Numbered from the stretch's first letter, positions 32,901-42,317 are shown. The stretch is 64,000 bases of DNA from Porphyridium purpureum (GCA_008690995.1 VRMN01000005.1:372001-436000), one strand, 5' to 3'. The notes: generated by a model not told the origin, from the sequence alone. Made by a program: numbers and translations.

Positions 32901-34203
32901 CATGCTGGATCGGGAGCTGCTAGAGCTAGTTTGGGGCGCAAAGGCGGGCTTAATCATTGCCGGGTCGCTCTATAATGCAGAGGATATGCGTGCGGCTGTG
33001 AATCTTGGACGGCTTTTGCAGTGGCCAGTATACCCGGACGTACTCTCTGGACTGCGCCTACGCAAGCACCCCGAGCTGGTACACTTACTTGACCAGATGC
33101 TCCTCAGCGACGTGGTCAGCGAGTATGCTGCACAGATCGACACAGTCTTGGTCCTGGGTACTCGACTTGTGTCCAAACGCGTCCACAAGCTTATTCTCGC
33201 GAATGCTAGACAGGTTGTTGTGGTTAATGAGTCTGTCACAAGGTTCGATGAGCATTTCAACACGTCATTCAAAGTGCAGACGTCGCCGCATGCCTTTGCG
33301 AACGCCCTAGAGCTGGCGACTAAGGGCAGACGCGCAGCTGATGGTGGCGTGTGCGGACGTGGCCACGGCGACGGCAGTCGGCCTCGCGCCGCCAGTAGTA
33401 CTGAAAGTGGGTCTCTTGTGTACCGGCCGGCGAGTTCATTAATGGAGCTGGTTTCGCTCGGGCGTCATTTGGAACACAAGTTATCGGGCCTATTTCAGCG
33501 GTCTGGTGATGTCCTGACTGAGCCTCTTGCAGCTCGCATTGTCGTTGAAGCTTACTGTGCGCGCCATCCGCGCGCGGCACTGTTTGTCTCCAACAGCATG
33601 CCTGTTCGAGATGTCGATATGTTTGCCCCAGCGGTGCTTCCAGACTTCTCCCTCATGGATGTGGTGGGATGCAACCGCGGCGCGAGCGGTATTGACGGCG
33701 TGCTGAGCAGCGCAATTGGCTTTTGTATGGCAGCGAGTAAGCCCGTCTTGCTGCTAATTGGAGACATGGCGTTCTTGCATGACATGAATGCGCTGCACAC
33801 ATTGAAGCAAGCAGGCGACAAAATCGCTGAAGTTACCATTGTCCTCCTGAATAATGGAGGCGGTGGGATTTTTTCGTTTTTGCCCATTGCCGCGCATCCA
33901 GACGTTTTCACACCTTTGTTCGACACGCCGCACCAAACGAAATTTGAGCATCTCGCTAGCATGTACGATATGCAGTATGAATTACCCCGCTCGGCCGATG
34001 AGCTCAAGAGCGCTCTGGACCGTACGCCGGCTAGAGGCAGTTCTGTCCGAGGGAGCAGCACAGTGCGTCATAAGCTTATTGAAGTTCGCACCGAGCAGCA
34101 CGCCAATCTGGAGTACCACAGGCATTTGGGCCGTACTGTGCAGCAGTGGATTGAGGAGCATGCTCAGAATGAGAGAGACAAGCAGAGCCAAGCGGAACAC
34201 TGA
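29911..34203 (+). CDS. menF-menD: MenF (isochorismate synthase)-MenD (SEPHCHC synthase) fusion, PHYLLO-like, vitamin K biosynthesis (start uncertain)
   Basis: MenF: KIVLAR, GCSPERL, TEAVAGT, KDLEEH, LHPTPAVCG, YAGPFG, GGAGIVPES. MenD: CPGSRSSPL, HDERGAAF, TSSGTAVANL, LTADRP, GANQAIDQ, SNSMPVRD, NRGASGIDG, GDMAFLHD, NNGGGGIF. Confidence 0.93.
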   Translation: MGSAAAPWMHARAHTHQEAASPHARDVVEPPDAPAGSTRRPRATARSEMKDAASATPSREDEPCRRTEQDAARGGSSQQPQSASVPLARHKAKPRASCAGKYQDGAFADAAVVMLDAAGTQSAAPQEHSQQDVMMHAVRALREFMDKQLAECLAASMDCGNASGSAGADFGVDDGPSLREAPSEPRVVRVRVKLETELPALAWLRAFGGEQERIFFRDKECSFETAGIRFALRETAYGYSAAKHERLVCMLPLSEQGISQAKFYGCQRFDDSAASQASCEWADFGGYTYVLPLLEYQRIGKEDCSEPPLQGACEAFLTINLVLEGASDERERCASRKSTILQAISALASAELAMGSQTAKTQAALSGWPDAAAGLTSFRERVNDDYGAWETSIEAAKGGFALKKYQKIVLARRKTFEALGNQTDPVDILERLVHSCNVGYLFCLQLNSSSAFLGCSPERLFRLSNGCIATEAVAGTIKNSQEKKRQEEAERQLLSSLKDLEEHRIVVEYIQQALESILHDSTRSGCDEVVSVRGPELLRLPHLMHIRTSLEATVANDTESSQTHARVTFRLLDALHPTPAVCGLPKQLAQQDILRLERFDRGCYAGPFGYFGSNCADYCVAIRSGLVKADRVLIYGGAGIVPESVARSEWDEIELKLSTFARALETRALETRDPKQPLPFGVNQSGARALLPKASNSSNQPDERHDLANGNVAADSARAAATFVAAGGAASASGVPPPFGGTSAVPQLLLSENLNMLWGSCIVEELVRLGIEQFFVCPGSRSSPLAIGVMRCARARYLSCHDERGAAFMAVGFGRVAHGIRRKPAAVITSSGTAVANLLPACVEAFQDDIPLLLLTADRPPELRDVGANQAIDQVKLLGKHVRWFKDFPCPGPDSNKQGRCIENLLSDIDYAVSQACSRGRAGPVHLNFMFRETLAPEPEERKPPSADHEPFTSEPCEVSQLMIRRPNLLNWVWSSFPWCSYSQPCADAYNQGNAACMLDRELLELVWGAKAGLIIAGSLYNAEDMRAAVNLGRLLQWPVYPDVLSGLRLRKHPELVHLLDQMLLSDVVSEYAAQIDTVLVLGTRLVSKRVHKLILANARQVVVVNESVTRFDEHFNTSFKVQTSPHAFANALELATKGRRAADGGVCGRGHGDGSRPRAASSTESGSLVYRPASSLMELVSLGRHLEHKLSGLFQRSGDVLTEPLAARIVVEAYCARHPRAALFVSNSMPVRDVDMFAPAVLPDFSLMDVVGCNRGASGIDGVLSSAIGFCMAASKPVLLLIGDMAFLHDMNALHTLKQAGDKIAEVTIVLLNNGGGGIFSFLPIAAHPDVFTPLFDTPHQTKFEHLASMYDMQYELPRSADELKSALDRTPARGSSVRGSSTVRHKLIEVRTEQHANLEYHRHLGRTVQQWIEEHAQNERDKQSQAEH

Positions 34204-34217
34204 TAAACGGTCTCAAA

Positions 34218-35321
34218 TTATTTTGCGATTCTTCGAATGGCATCTTGCACAAGATCATGCAATTCATTTATCCCCGTGTCTCGATGTCTGTGGGCATCGC
34301 AGAACTCACCCAGTCGGAGAAGTTGATCGCGGCATTGGAAGTGATCACCCTGCACTCGAGCCATCCGCAAAAGATGGGCAACGTACTCATCAATCCGGTC
34401 CATGTCTGGATAAAGCCCGCAAATGATCGTGCGCGCATCCAAATGCTCCGCCAGAAAATCTGCATCGTCTTGATTCTGGCGCTCCGTTTTCATCCACCGG
34501 TCAAAGAAACGCTTAAATTCCTGCTTCCTTGTGTGCATGCGCACACATGGTTCTGGGACATGGTCGTGTGTGCCTTGCTCATTCCTGGGAGCCTCCTCCA
34601 ACTGGGCCCACGCATGCTGATCCGGGCTCAGAACCAGTCGCCACAAGTGCACCGCATCCTGTGGCTTCATATCCAACGCTTTGCCGGCAAGTGCGCTAGT
34701 TTGCCGTTCGTCCAAAAGCGACGCATATGCCAAATCCAGCACGTCGTCGTGCGCAGGACCCGCTTCAGGCTTGTTCGCCTTCCGCGCACGGCCTGCTGGC
34801 TTGCAGCTGCCTGCTCCAGAACTTGATGGCGCGGCGTAGAGTGACGTATGCAGCGCGTTGAGCATGCGCTGTTGAGCTCGCATGGTGGCGCGTGCCGCTA
34901 CGTGTTTCTGTATTGATTTGCCGACTTCGTTCAATTCCCGACTCCGCGATGGACGCATTTCTTGCCGACTGGCACCAGCCGTGTGGGCCACGATTTTTCT
35001 GAGCTGTGACGCAGAAAGTCGGGCATTGCGTAACAGAATACCAAGCAGCAGATCTAGCGCATGTCGTAGCACATAGACGTCAAGCTCCCCTGCAAGTAGT
35101 CCTTGCGCGCGCTCCAAGAGCGCATCGTGGCGACGGTTTGTGCCGCTTTCCACGGCGCTCGCGTGCCCCACCCACGTTTGCACGCGCGTCGCAGTGGCCA
35201 CTGCGCCTTCCAAGTCCTTGTCGTCCCATTCCCGCAGCTTGGACGACCGCGCCAATCGCATACGCTTTGCGAGTTCCTGCGCGTCCCGAACAAACGCATC
35301 CACTCCTGCTTCACTGTCCAT
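34218..35321 (-). CDS. Hypothetical protein with a FANCF-like N-terminus
   Basis: 367-aa ORF. 'LARSSKLREWD' and 'LRHALDLLLGILLRNARL' parallel the FANCF N-terminal blocks. Confidence 0.5.
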   Translation of the reverse strand: MDSEAGVDAFVRDAQELAKRMRLARSSKLREWDDKDLEGAVATATRVQTWVGHASAVESGTNRRHDALLERAQGLLAGELDVYVLRHALDLLLGILLRNARLSASQLRKIVAHTAGASRQEMRPSRSRELNEVGKSIQKHVAARATMRAQQRMLNALHTSLYAAPSSSGAGSCKPAGRARKANKPEAGPAHDDVLDLAYASLLDERQTSALAGKALDMKPQDAVHLWRLVLSPDQHAWAQLEEAPRNEQGTHDHVPEPCVRMHTRKQEFKRFFDRWMKTERQNQDDADFLAEHLDARTIICGLYPDMDRIDEYVAHLLRMARVQGDHFQCRDQLLRLGEFCDAHRHRDTGINELHDLVQDAIRRIAK

Positions 35322-35339
35322 TCCACAAGGCTATGTCGT

Positions 35340-38300
35340 TTACTCCGTCACTACGTTTTCATTCTGAGTCGCGGTGACGGCTCGCGCGTGGGCACGACGG
35401 CGAAGAACCACGGCGAGCGCTATCAGGACACCAAGTAGAAGCACGAGAACAAGCAAGTCGAGGTACTCGCTGATCATGTAGTCTGAAATTGGCGACCAAA
35501 ATTGTCCAGCAAGCTCGAGTGCGACAAGGCGGAACTTTGGAGGCACCGCTCGAAGTGCAAAGCTGGCAAGCGCGGACGCTATGAAGGCGTCCACGTTGGC
35601 CAGATACGTCATGTCAAAGTAGCGCTTCGCAAGCGCATCGTCTTGCGCGACGCCCATCCCAAGAGCGTGCATGGTGCCCAAGGTAAACATGCTTTCGGCA
35701 CTGCCACTATCCGCGCTGATGCGGTAAGCATGCGCAGCTTCTTCGAACATACCATCTCTGTAATGCATGTGGCCAACTTTGGTCATGGCGAGTGAGTAAC
35801 CCTGCATTGAGCTCATCAGGAAGAGATCGCGTGCGTGCTCGCGTATTTTCAGATCACGAGCTGTGTTCACGTGTGCGCCGAATACTTCCTCGACGCCCAG
35901 ACCATGCATCATCAGGAATGCTGCGTTGAACTGCCCCAATTCGCTCCCTGCAAACGCGGCTTCTAGATACCGTCGAAGCGCGTACGCATATCGCTGCTCC
36001 CAGAACGCATCCTCTGCAACGCTGATGAGCTCGAAGACTTCGCCTTGCTCTGTCACAGCTTTCAGCAGCGGCAAAGCGCGCTCACAATCCGCAGGGATCC
36101 TTTGCAAGAAAGCAGTAGACGAGGATGATCCCGGACGCTTCACGAATTCCTCACGCCCCCGGCGCAGAAGCACACCGGCTTGGTACATCGAGTACGTGTG
36201 GCCCTTTTTGGACGCACTCAGGAACATTCCGAGCGCCTTCTCAGCATTTGGCTCGGTCCCCACACCCTCCAAGTACATAACGCCTGTGTTATACATACCT
36301 TCTGCAAGCCCGTGCTCGGCTGCTTTCATAAATGACATAAATGCTCGGGTTTCATTTCGCGCGACACCAATGCCGTGCAAGTAACAGTAGCCCAGCCCGT
36401 TATGACCGGCCGGATCGCCATATTTTGCAGCCTGTTCAAAGTGAAAAAAGGCACGCACATCAGAGGCAGAGCCATTCTTACCTTCAGCGTGACTCTGGGC
36501 ACGCGCAGCACCAGCCTGCTGTTCGCTTTGCGCAGCGCCAAAAGTGGATCCAGATCCAGCCGGCGGCGCGGCCTCGTTGATCGAGCGTTCTTTCATCTTC
36601 GTGTAAATGTAACCAAGACTTGTGTGCGCTACGGCGGATCCAGCTCGCGCGGCGCGATGGAAGAGATCGCGAGCCAGTTCGTGGTTTGGCTGCACTCCAT
36701 TCAAGCCGAAGTAGTGGGCCTGGCCGAGCGCCACTTGGGCTCCGACATCGCCGTTGGCTGCAGACAGGCGATAGTAGTCCATAATATCGAAATCTTCAGA
36801 GTGCGCTTCCTTGGCACTGCCCGAGTTTGCCGAGCCGCGCTGCCGCCGTAGCAGTGCCAAGCGGCGGCGCTTGGTGCGAAGCAAATCATCGTCTTGGAGC
36901 CGCACACCACGCTCAAAAATGCGGCGCTCCAGCTCCTCGGACATTTCCTCAACCGACTCGGTACTGTGCTCGTCAAAGCCTAGCACGCGTGCCGCGGCTT
37001 GCTCGTACAGTAACGCTGCAGGCGCGCACGACTTTTTCACAAGCATGCCATGTTGAAAGGCAAAACCCAACGCTGATTTAGCAAATACGTTACCTCCTTG
37101 TGCAGCCAGCACAAGATGTAGAATCATTTTCGCATCGTGCATTTCAGGGTTGTCGTGGTCCGGTTTTGAGTGTAGCTCGAGACGCGCCAAGAATGCCAGC
37201 AAAAAGTGCGAGTCTGCGTCCCCCAGTTCTGCAGCTACTGTGGCATGGTCTTTCGCAACAGTCAGATCACTCTCAACCTCACCTGCTACGTCTCCGAACA
37301 AGTAAATGCCCGCAAGAGTAGCGTGCGCTCCGGTGGAACCCGCGCTTTGGCCCAATTTCGCAACCGTACGCAACAAAGCCAGGGCCTCCTGGAAGTCTGA
37401 TCCGTTCAGCAGCATCTCGACAGCTTCCTCGTATAAGGCTTCCGCTTCCCCATCCTCTAGTACACCGTCTTCACCGTCTTCACCGCCTTCACCATCTTCA
37501 CCATCTTCATTTGCTGATCTGGGAGGGACCAGCTGCTCCAGGGCAGCATCGACTATGCTATTCAGCTGTTCTGCGGACGAAAGCCCACCACTTTTCGTGT
37601 CTATACCGATCTCAATTTCCGAGCGATCCGCATTGCCCCCGGTGGCACGCAAATGCAGTCTAGGCTGTAAATCAGCCATGGACATCCACGCCTCAGCATC
37701 TTGTTGTTGCTGTTGTTTCACTGTTTCTTGATCACCAACCGCAAGCTTTAAACCAAGCGGCAGATCATTATCACCACCGCGCAAATTGAAAACATGGCTG
37801 AATGCCACCCGCGATATCATATTAAGTTGAGAAGGTGCATCATTCTGACCTGGCGTGACAATGTATGCAGCCAGAAAGAGCGAGCGCCCGATAGGCGCTA
37901 GTCGCTGTACAATTTTCCACGATACCCAGAAAGAAAGGGAGCTTGGTGACTTGAGGTGCGCCCTGACAACGTCGTGCACCGCGCCTATTCCATCTTCAAA
38001 ATGCAAGACAAAGTCATGCAGTCCAATCAGACGCCCGGCGTGCGCTTCGGCATGCTGTACCATGCCAGTCAAGTGCGTCAAATCTGACAAATGAATCACA
38101 GCTCCTTCTCCGGCTGTTCTAAGCGAAAAGCGAGCACGCCGTGTTCCATAAACCATATTGCTTTCGTCCTGGTTTCCGGCCGTCTTACTCGGTGATCCAA
38201 AGCTCTTTTCTGTGCTAGATTCTTTCTCGGTATGTGCAGAATGAGGATCTTTGCTTGTTGTTTGTTGTGACTCGCGCCTGATTTGAATCCTTTCGTGCAA

Positions 38301-38867
38301 TTTCTCAAGAAGCTCCTCTGAAAGGTCCGCTTCGGAATCGACTAAAATCTTGCGCCCATCCCTACTATTCACGTTTTCTCCGACCTCCCCGTTATGGTGC
38401 AATCGATGGCCCTGGTCGAGATTCTGGTGCAGGCCAAGATTCTCATCAACGTGCTGATCTGCCGGAGAAGGGTCATCTTGCATTCTCTGCTCAGAAGAAG
38501 CACTATCCGTCCCACTAGAAGTTGCAGGTCCAGTGAACCCGCCCGGCCTACCGCCAGTACTTGTTCCGAACGCTGCATAGCTTTGCGCCAGGGCATCAAA
38601 CTGCTCTTCATCTAAAAACAGACCTGACGCCTCATCCACTTCGACCATCATTTCAAAGCCTTGCGACTTCACGCCTGGCGTACCGTCCGTACCATCTACT
38701 CCTGGTTCGTGTCCCACTGGCGTACCGCCAACCCTATGGTCCTCCTGTTTCAGCCGCCTTTGTCCTCCTGGCTCCCCTTCCTCAATCGCCAATGCAACGC
38801 TGACCACGACAACCATGGCCAAGACACCAAGCATGCTGCTTGGCGGCACACATTTCCACGTTGCCAT
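35340..38867 (-). CDS. HRD3: SEL1-repeat ERAD adaptor SEL1L/HRD3
   Basis: Signal peptide, many Sel1 repeats (AQVALGQAHYFG, GHNGLGYCYLHGIGV, GQFNAAFL, SMFTLGTMHALGMGV..D..LAKRYFD), C-terminal TM. Confidence 0.88.
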   Translation of the reverse strand: MATWKCVPPSSMLGVLAMVVVVSVALAIEEGEPGGQRRLKQEDHRVGGTPVGHEPGVDGTDGTPGVKSQGFEMMVEVDEASGLFLDEEQFDALAQSYAAFGTSTGGRPGGFTGPATSSGTDSASSEQRMQDDPSPADQHVDENLGLHQNLDQGHRLHHNGEVGENVNSRDGRKILVDSEADLSEELLEKLHERIQIRRESQQTTSKDPHSAHTEKESSTEKSFGSPSKTAGNQDESNMVYGTRRARFSLRTAGEGAVIHLSDLTHLTGMVQHAEAHAGRLIGLHDFVLHFEDGIGAVHDVVRAHLKSPSSLSFWVSWKIVQRLAPIGRSLFLAAYIVTPGQNDAPSQLNMISRVAFSHVFNLRGGDNDLPLGLKLAVGDQETVKQQQQQDAEAWMSMADLQPRLHLRATGGNADRSEIEIGIDTKSGGLSSAEQLNSIVDAALEQLVPPRSANEDGEDGEGGEDGEDGVLEDGEAEALYEEAVEMLLNGSDFQEALALLRTVAKLGQSAGSTGAHATLAGIYLFGDVAGEVESDLTVAKDHATVAAELGDADSHFLLAFLARLELHSKPDHDNPEMHDAKMILHLVLAAQGGNVFAKSALGFAFQHGMLVKKSCAPAALLYEQAAARVLGFDEHSTESVEEMSEELERRIFERGVRLQDDDLLRTKRRRLALLRRQRGSANSGSAKEAHSEDFDIMDYYRLSAANGDVGAQVALGQAHYFGLNGVQPNHELARDLFHRAARAGSAVAHTSLGYIYTKMKERSINEAAPPAGSGSTFGAAQSEQQAGAARAQSHAEGKNGSASDVRAFFHFEQAAKYGDPAGHNGLGYCYLHGIGVARNETRAFMSFMKAAEHGLAEGMYNTGVMYLEGVGTEPNAEKALGMFLSASKKGHTYSMYQAGVLLRRGREEFVKRPGSSSSTAFLQRIPADCERALPLLKAVTEQGEVFELISVAEDAFWEQRYAYALRRYLEAAFAGSELGQFNAAFLMMHGLGVEEVFGAHVNTARDLKIREHARDLFLMSSMQGYSLAMTKVGHMHYRDGMFEEAAHAYRISADSGSAESMFTLGTMHALGMGVAQDDALAKRYFDMTYLANVDAFIASALASFALRAVPPKFRLVALELAGQFWSPISDYMISEYLDLLVLVLLLGVLIALAVVLRRRAHARAVTATQNENVVTE

Positions 38868-39248
38868 GTCTGCCCCGACAACCGCCGCGGACGACCGCGC
38901 AACGGCAGAATCGCCGAACGGGCACACACGAAGCCACCTCGGCGGAGAAACTGGTAGGCAGGCCAAGGCGGGCGCACGCGTGGACACCAATCCCCAAGGA
39001 CACCACGACACCACAACACACCGCGTGGACGGTCTTGCCTCCGTGCTTCGTGCGCTGTTTGGCCACTTGCAAACTCAACGCCACATGCCATTCCTCCCAC
39101 ATTTCATATTAATAAAGATCTCCATTTTGATGGACAGTTCACTGTCGCATTGCAATGTAATTGCAGAAATTTGGTTGTTGAAAGGAAAGGCGCGATTCTG
39201 GTGTGTGAGAAGACAAGTTGCCGGTGCAAGAGAGAAAGCAATGAAAGG

Positions 39249-39424
39249 ATGTTGATTGTGCCCGGTTTCTTCATAGCGTTTGTGCTGTGCGCGCTTATCT
39301 CGGCGCTACTGCTCAGTCGGCTACGTCGGCTGGCGTTAGAATTGGAGTTGGATCAGCTGGCGCTTGAAAACGGAGGGCTGTTTGGTGGCGACGCCGACTT
39401 GCGCTGGACCCTCGAGCAACAGCT

Positions 39425-39455
<31 letters not shown>

Positions 39456-40043
39456 AGGATTATTGTGCTGGATGTTGAACAGGGTGAGACTGAATTTGGA
39501 GAAGACGACGCAGAGGACGAGGACGGACAGAGACTCGCGGTTCTTGCGCCGCGCGCGCGCGCGTCATTGTTGCAGCTGCTGCAAGCGCAGCGAGCGGATT
39601 CAGGCGCCACGGGGCGGTCTTTGGCAACGGTGCAGCTCCTAGATCTCGTTTCCGGGTCGCAGCGCACGACTATCCTGCCCCGTGCTTTTCTGGGCGTGCT
39701 GTCGGCCGCTTCCTCGTTGGACGTACTGGCGTCACGTGTGCGCGCCGACGCCTATTCTGCGAGCGAGGTACCTCCGCGAGACGTCCTGACGCAGCAGCAA
39801 GTGGACCGTCTGCCCATCAGGAAATTATCCGCCGTAGACGTGGAAGCGGATGCGGAACGCGAAGACGCGGACGTGTGTTCGATCTGTCTAGGAGCATACA
39901 GCGCGGGAGAGCTCCAACGCACGCTTTTACCGTGTCGACATCGCTTCCATTCTGATTGCGTAGATGAGTGGACTATGCGTACTATTGCGACATGTCCCAT
40001 TTGCAAGCAGGCCGTGGTTCCGCCGCAACTCGAAGAGGTGTAG
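39249..40043 (+). CDS. Membrane-anchored RING-H2 E3 ligase (ATL-like) with a polyQ tract
   Basis: N-terminal TM. CSICL...LPCRHRFHSDCVDEW...CPICK. CAG run near 39417-39453. Confidence 0.88.
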
Positions 40044-40162
40044 GCGTCGAACTGAATGCTTCAAGAAACCTCGCAGAAAGCTGGTATCGGGAACCAGCAC
40101 AACGTGAAACGCTCCCGATCAGTTCTTCACCGGGTCCTCCGGTGGGACGGGGTACCGATCTC

Positions 40163-41257
40163 ATGTACGAATTTGCGTTCCGTGCGCGAAAGCCCTTGTC
40201 CCGTCATATGCAGAGTGCGACTGGTGATGCGACTGCGTCTTTCACAAACAAGTCGGGTGCACGGGCAACTGGTGAGTACAACTCCCTTTTCCCCAAAGTG
40301 CCAGTCTTGTCGGACGGCGCAAGTCCCCAAGGCAAGCGCCTGCGTCTTCAATTGCCGAAGAAACGTGCCGCGAAAAGTTCATTGTCCAGTGCTGGAGAAA
40401 AAGTCCAAAACGCACGCTGTGCTGATACGAGCGGTGCATCTGAGCCGACGACATGGAAGAATCTGAGCAGAGGGACATTCGATGCGTGGTCTTGTGCGCG
40501 CACAGAATCCGTCCTGTCTGCGGACCAGCTGCAGCAAGACGCAATGAGTTCGGCGTTGACAATTTCTCGGCGCACTGTTGCGTCTGCGCGAGTGATCGGC
40601 CAGCTGGATTGCAAGTACATTTTAGCGGTTGCGGACTGTACAATATTTGCATTCGACCAACATGCTCTGGATGAGCGCGTGCGGTTCGAGGCACTCCAAG
40701 CTCGCGTGCTGGAGACTGGCAAGGTGGGCGCTGGCAAGAATCCAATGTACATTATTTCAGTTCCGCTTGACGTACCCACAGAGCTCGAGTTAGACGCTTT
40801 CACAGCGTCGAATTTATTCGCGTATATTGGTGAGGTCGAATCGTGGGGCTGGCGCGTCAAAGTCGTGTCGGAGCCCGCACTAGGGTCCAGCTCGCGACAC
40901 CGTTTTCGCATTGACGCCGCACCACAGATTGCAGGTAGACTGCTTTCGCGCGTGTGCGAGGACCTGCGGGGCTACTTGGACAAGCTAGCCGAGCTCTTTG
41001 AGAGAACGCGACCCGCATCTGCCGTCGTCCCACCGTGCGTGATGGACGCACTTGCATCGCTCGCATGCCGCAGCGCAGTTATGTTTGGTGACAAGCTTGG
41101 TCTCGCCCAGTGCGAGGCACTCATCAAACGGGCCGTGCAGTGCGACTTCCCATTCCAGTGTGCGCATGGTCGTCCAAGCGTTGTACCTCTAGCCCGGCTT
41201 TTTCTGTGCCCCGACGCTTTTGGGCATTCACAGAGTGCGTGCGTTGCACCTCCTTGA
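40163..41257 (+). CDS. MLH3: MLH3-like MutL C-terminal endonuclease domain only
   Basis: VIGQLDCKYI, DQHALDERVRFE, ACRSAVMFGD, FPFQCAHGRPS. No GHKL ATPase domain. Confidence 0.8.
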   Translation: MYEFAFRARKPLSRHMQSATGDATASFTNKSGARATGEYNSLFPKVPVLSDGASPQGKRLRLQLPKKRAAKSSLSSAGEKVQNARCADTSGASEPTTWKNLSRGTFDAWSCARTESVLSADQLQQDAMSSALTISRRTVASARVIGQLDCKYILAVADCTIFAFDQHALDERVRFEALQARVLETGKVGAGKNPMYIISVPLDVPTELELDAFTASNLFAYIGEVESWGWRVKVVSEPALGSSSRHRFRIDAAPQIAGRLLSRVCEDLRGYLDKLAELFERTRPASAVVPPCVMDALASLACRSAVMFGDKLGLAQCEALIKRAVQCDFPFQCAHGRPSVVPLARLFLCPDAFGHSQSACVAPP

Positions 41258-41387
41258 ACAATGAAGTGAACGTGTTCAGATTGTTCCGCGAACCAGAACC
41301 ACGAGGTCACATTCAGAGTGTGATGTACGCACGCAGGAAAACGGCTTTCTCTTTCCGAGCGACGAGTTTCACGACCCGCGTTGCGGA

Positions 41388-42317
41388 TCAAAGTGACCAC
41401 ACTTTACCTTGCAGCGTTGAGATTTCGCCGCGGTGCGAGAGCGGATTAGGCACCATCACGCGCGTGGGTTTTCTCTTTCTCTTGCAGAATGATCTTGCCA
41501 GCCAGTCAACCGGATCTACGTCATATCGTTCGTAAATATAGTTTGCAAAGTCAGCTGCGCGCGAGCGCTCCCAGACGCGAGCGACCATGTTGTCTGCGCG
41601 CAACTCGCCGTTCGGTGGAGTCGCCGAGTCCTCATCGTAGAGCGAAAGAGAACATACAGCTGCCGGTCTAGAATAGCGCTGTGCGACCCAAGACGCCAGG
41701 TCGCGAATGCCTTCGTTGAACTCGACGTCGTCCTGGACAACTGCAAAGTACGTTACGTGCGGATTCTCTGCCATGCACATCTGTAACGTCAGCTCATAAT
41801 CCTGCGCCTCCTTGGACCTCCAGACCACCCTCCTGATGCCATCCCCGTGCGTCATGACGCGATGCTCGCGGACTGGCTCATTGCGAATTCTGACGCGAAG
41901 CCACGCGCGCCTACTACGCTTGGATTCAAAGTACCGCTGCGGCGTGACATGCTCTTCCGCCGGGACGTGCATGTTGTACACTGTCACACCATCCAACCAA
42001 GCGGGTTTGTTTCCGGCAAGATCGAGCTGGTATGCGAGTGAGTCCAGGGTAGAACTGAGGTACTCGACGCCACCGGGCCTAGCCACGGTGGGAATACACA
42101 CATGTACCAGCACCCGCTCTACCGGCGCCGCCGGCCAGACGGATGAGCACGAACGAGTCTGTTCATCTGCGATCTCTTTCAGGAACGACCATGACGGTGG
42201 CGACCTCGCCCTTACCTCGGTGCCCGAAAGCGTGAGTCCGAGTACGAGGCACACACACAGCGCACAAAGTAGCGTACGGGAACTTGTGGGATGGAGGCGT
42301 CTGCTATTCGGCGCCAT
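41388..42317 (-). CDS. Golgi type II glycosyltransferase, GT54/MGAT4-like fold
   Basis: Signal anchor, CIPTVAR..YLSSTLDSL, WRSKEAQDY, VVQDD, PVDWL, SHRGEISTLQGK. Confidence 0.65.
   Translation of the reverse strand: MAPNSRRLHPTSSRTLLCALCVCLVLGLTLSGTEVRARSPPSWSFLKEIADEQTRSCSSVWPAAPVERVLVHVCIPTVARPGGVEYLSSTLDSLAYQLDLAGNKPAWLDGVTVYNMHVPAEEHVTPQRYFESKRSRRAWLRVRIRNEPVREHRVMTHGDGIRRVVWRSKEAQDYELTLQMCMAENPHVTYFAVVQDDVEFNEGIRDLASWVAQRYSRPAAVCSLSLYDEDSATPPNGELRADNMVARVWERSRAADFANYIYERYDVDPVDWLARSFCKRKRKPTRVMVPNPLSHRGEISTLQGKVWSL

Noticed and set aside
39249..41257. RING-MLH3 fusion protein
   Set aside because: The two ORFs are in different frames, the RING gene ends with a normal stop, and I saw no convincing intron to join them.
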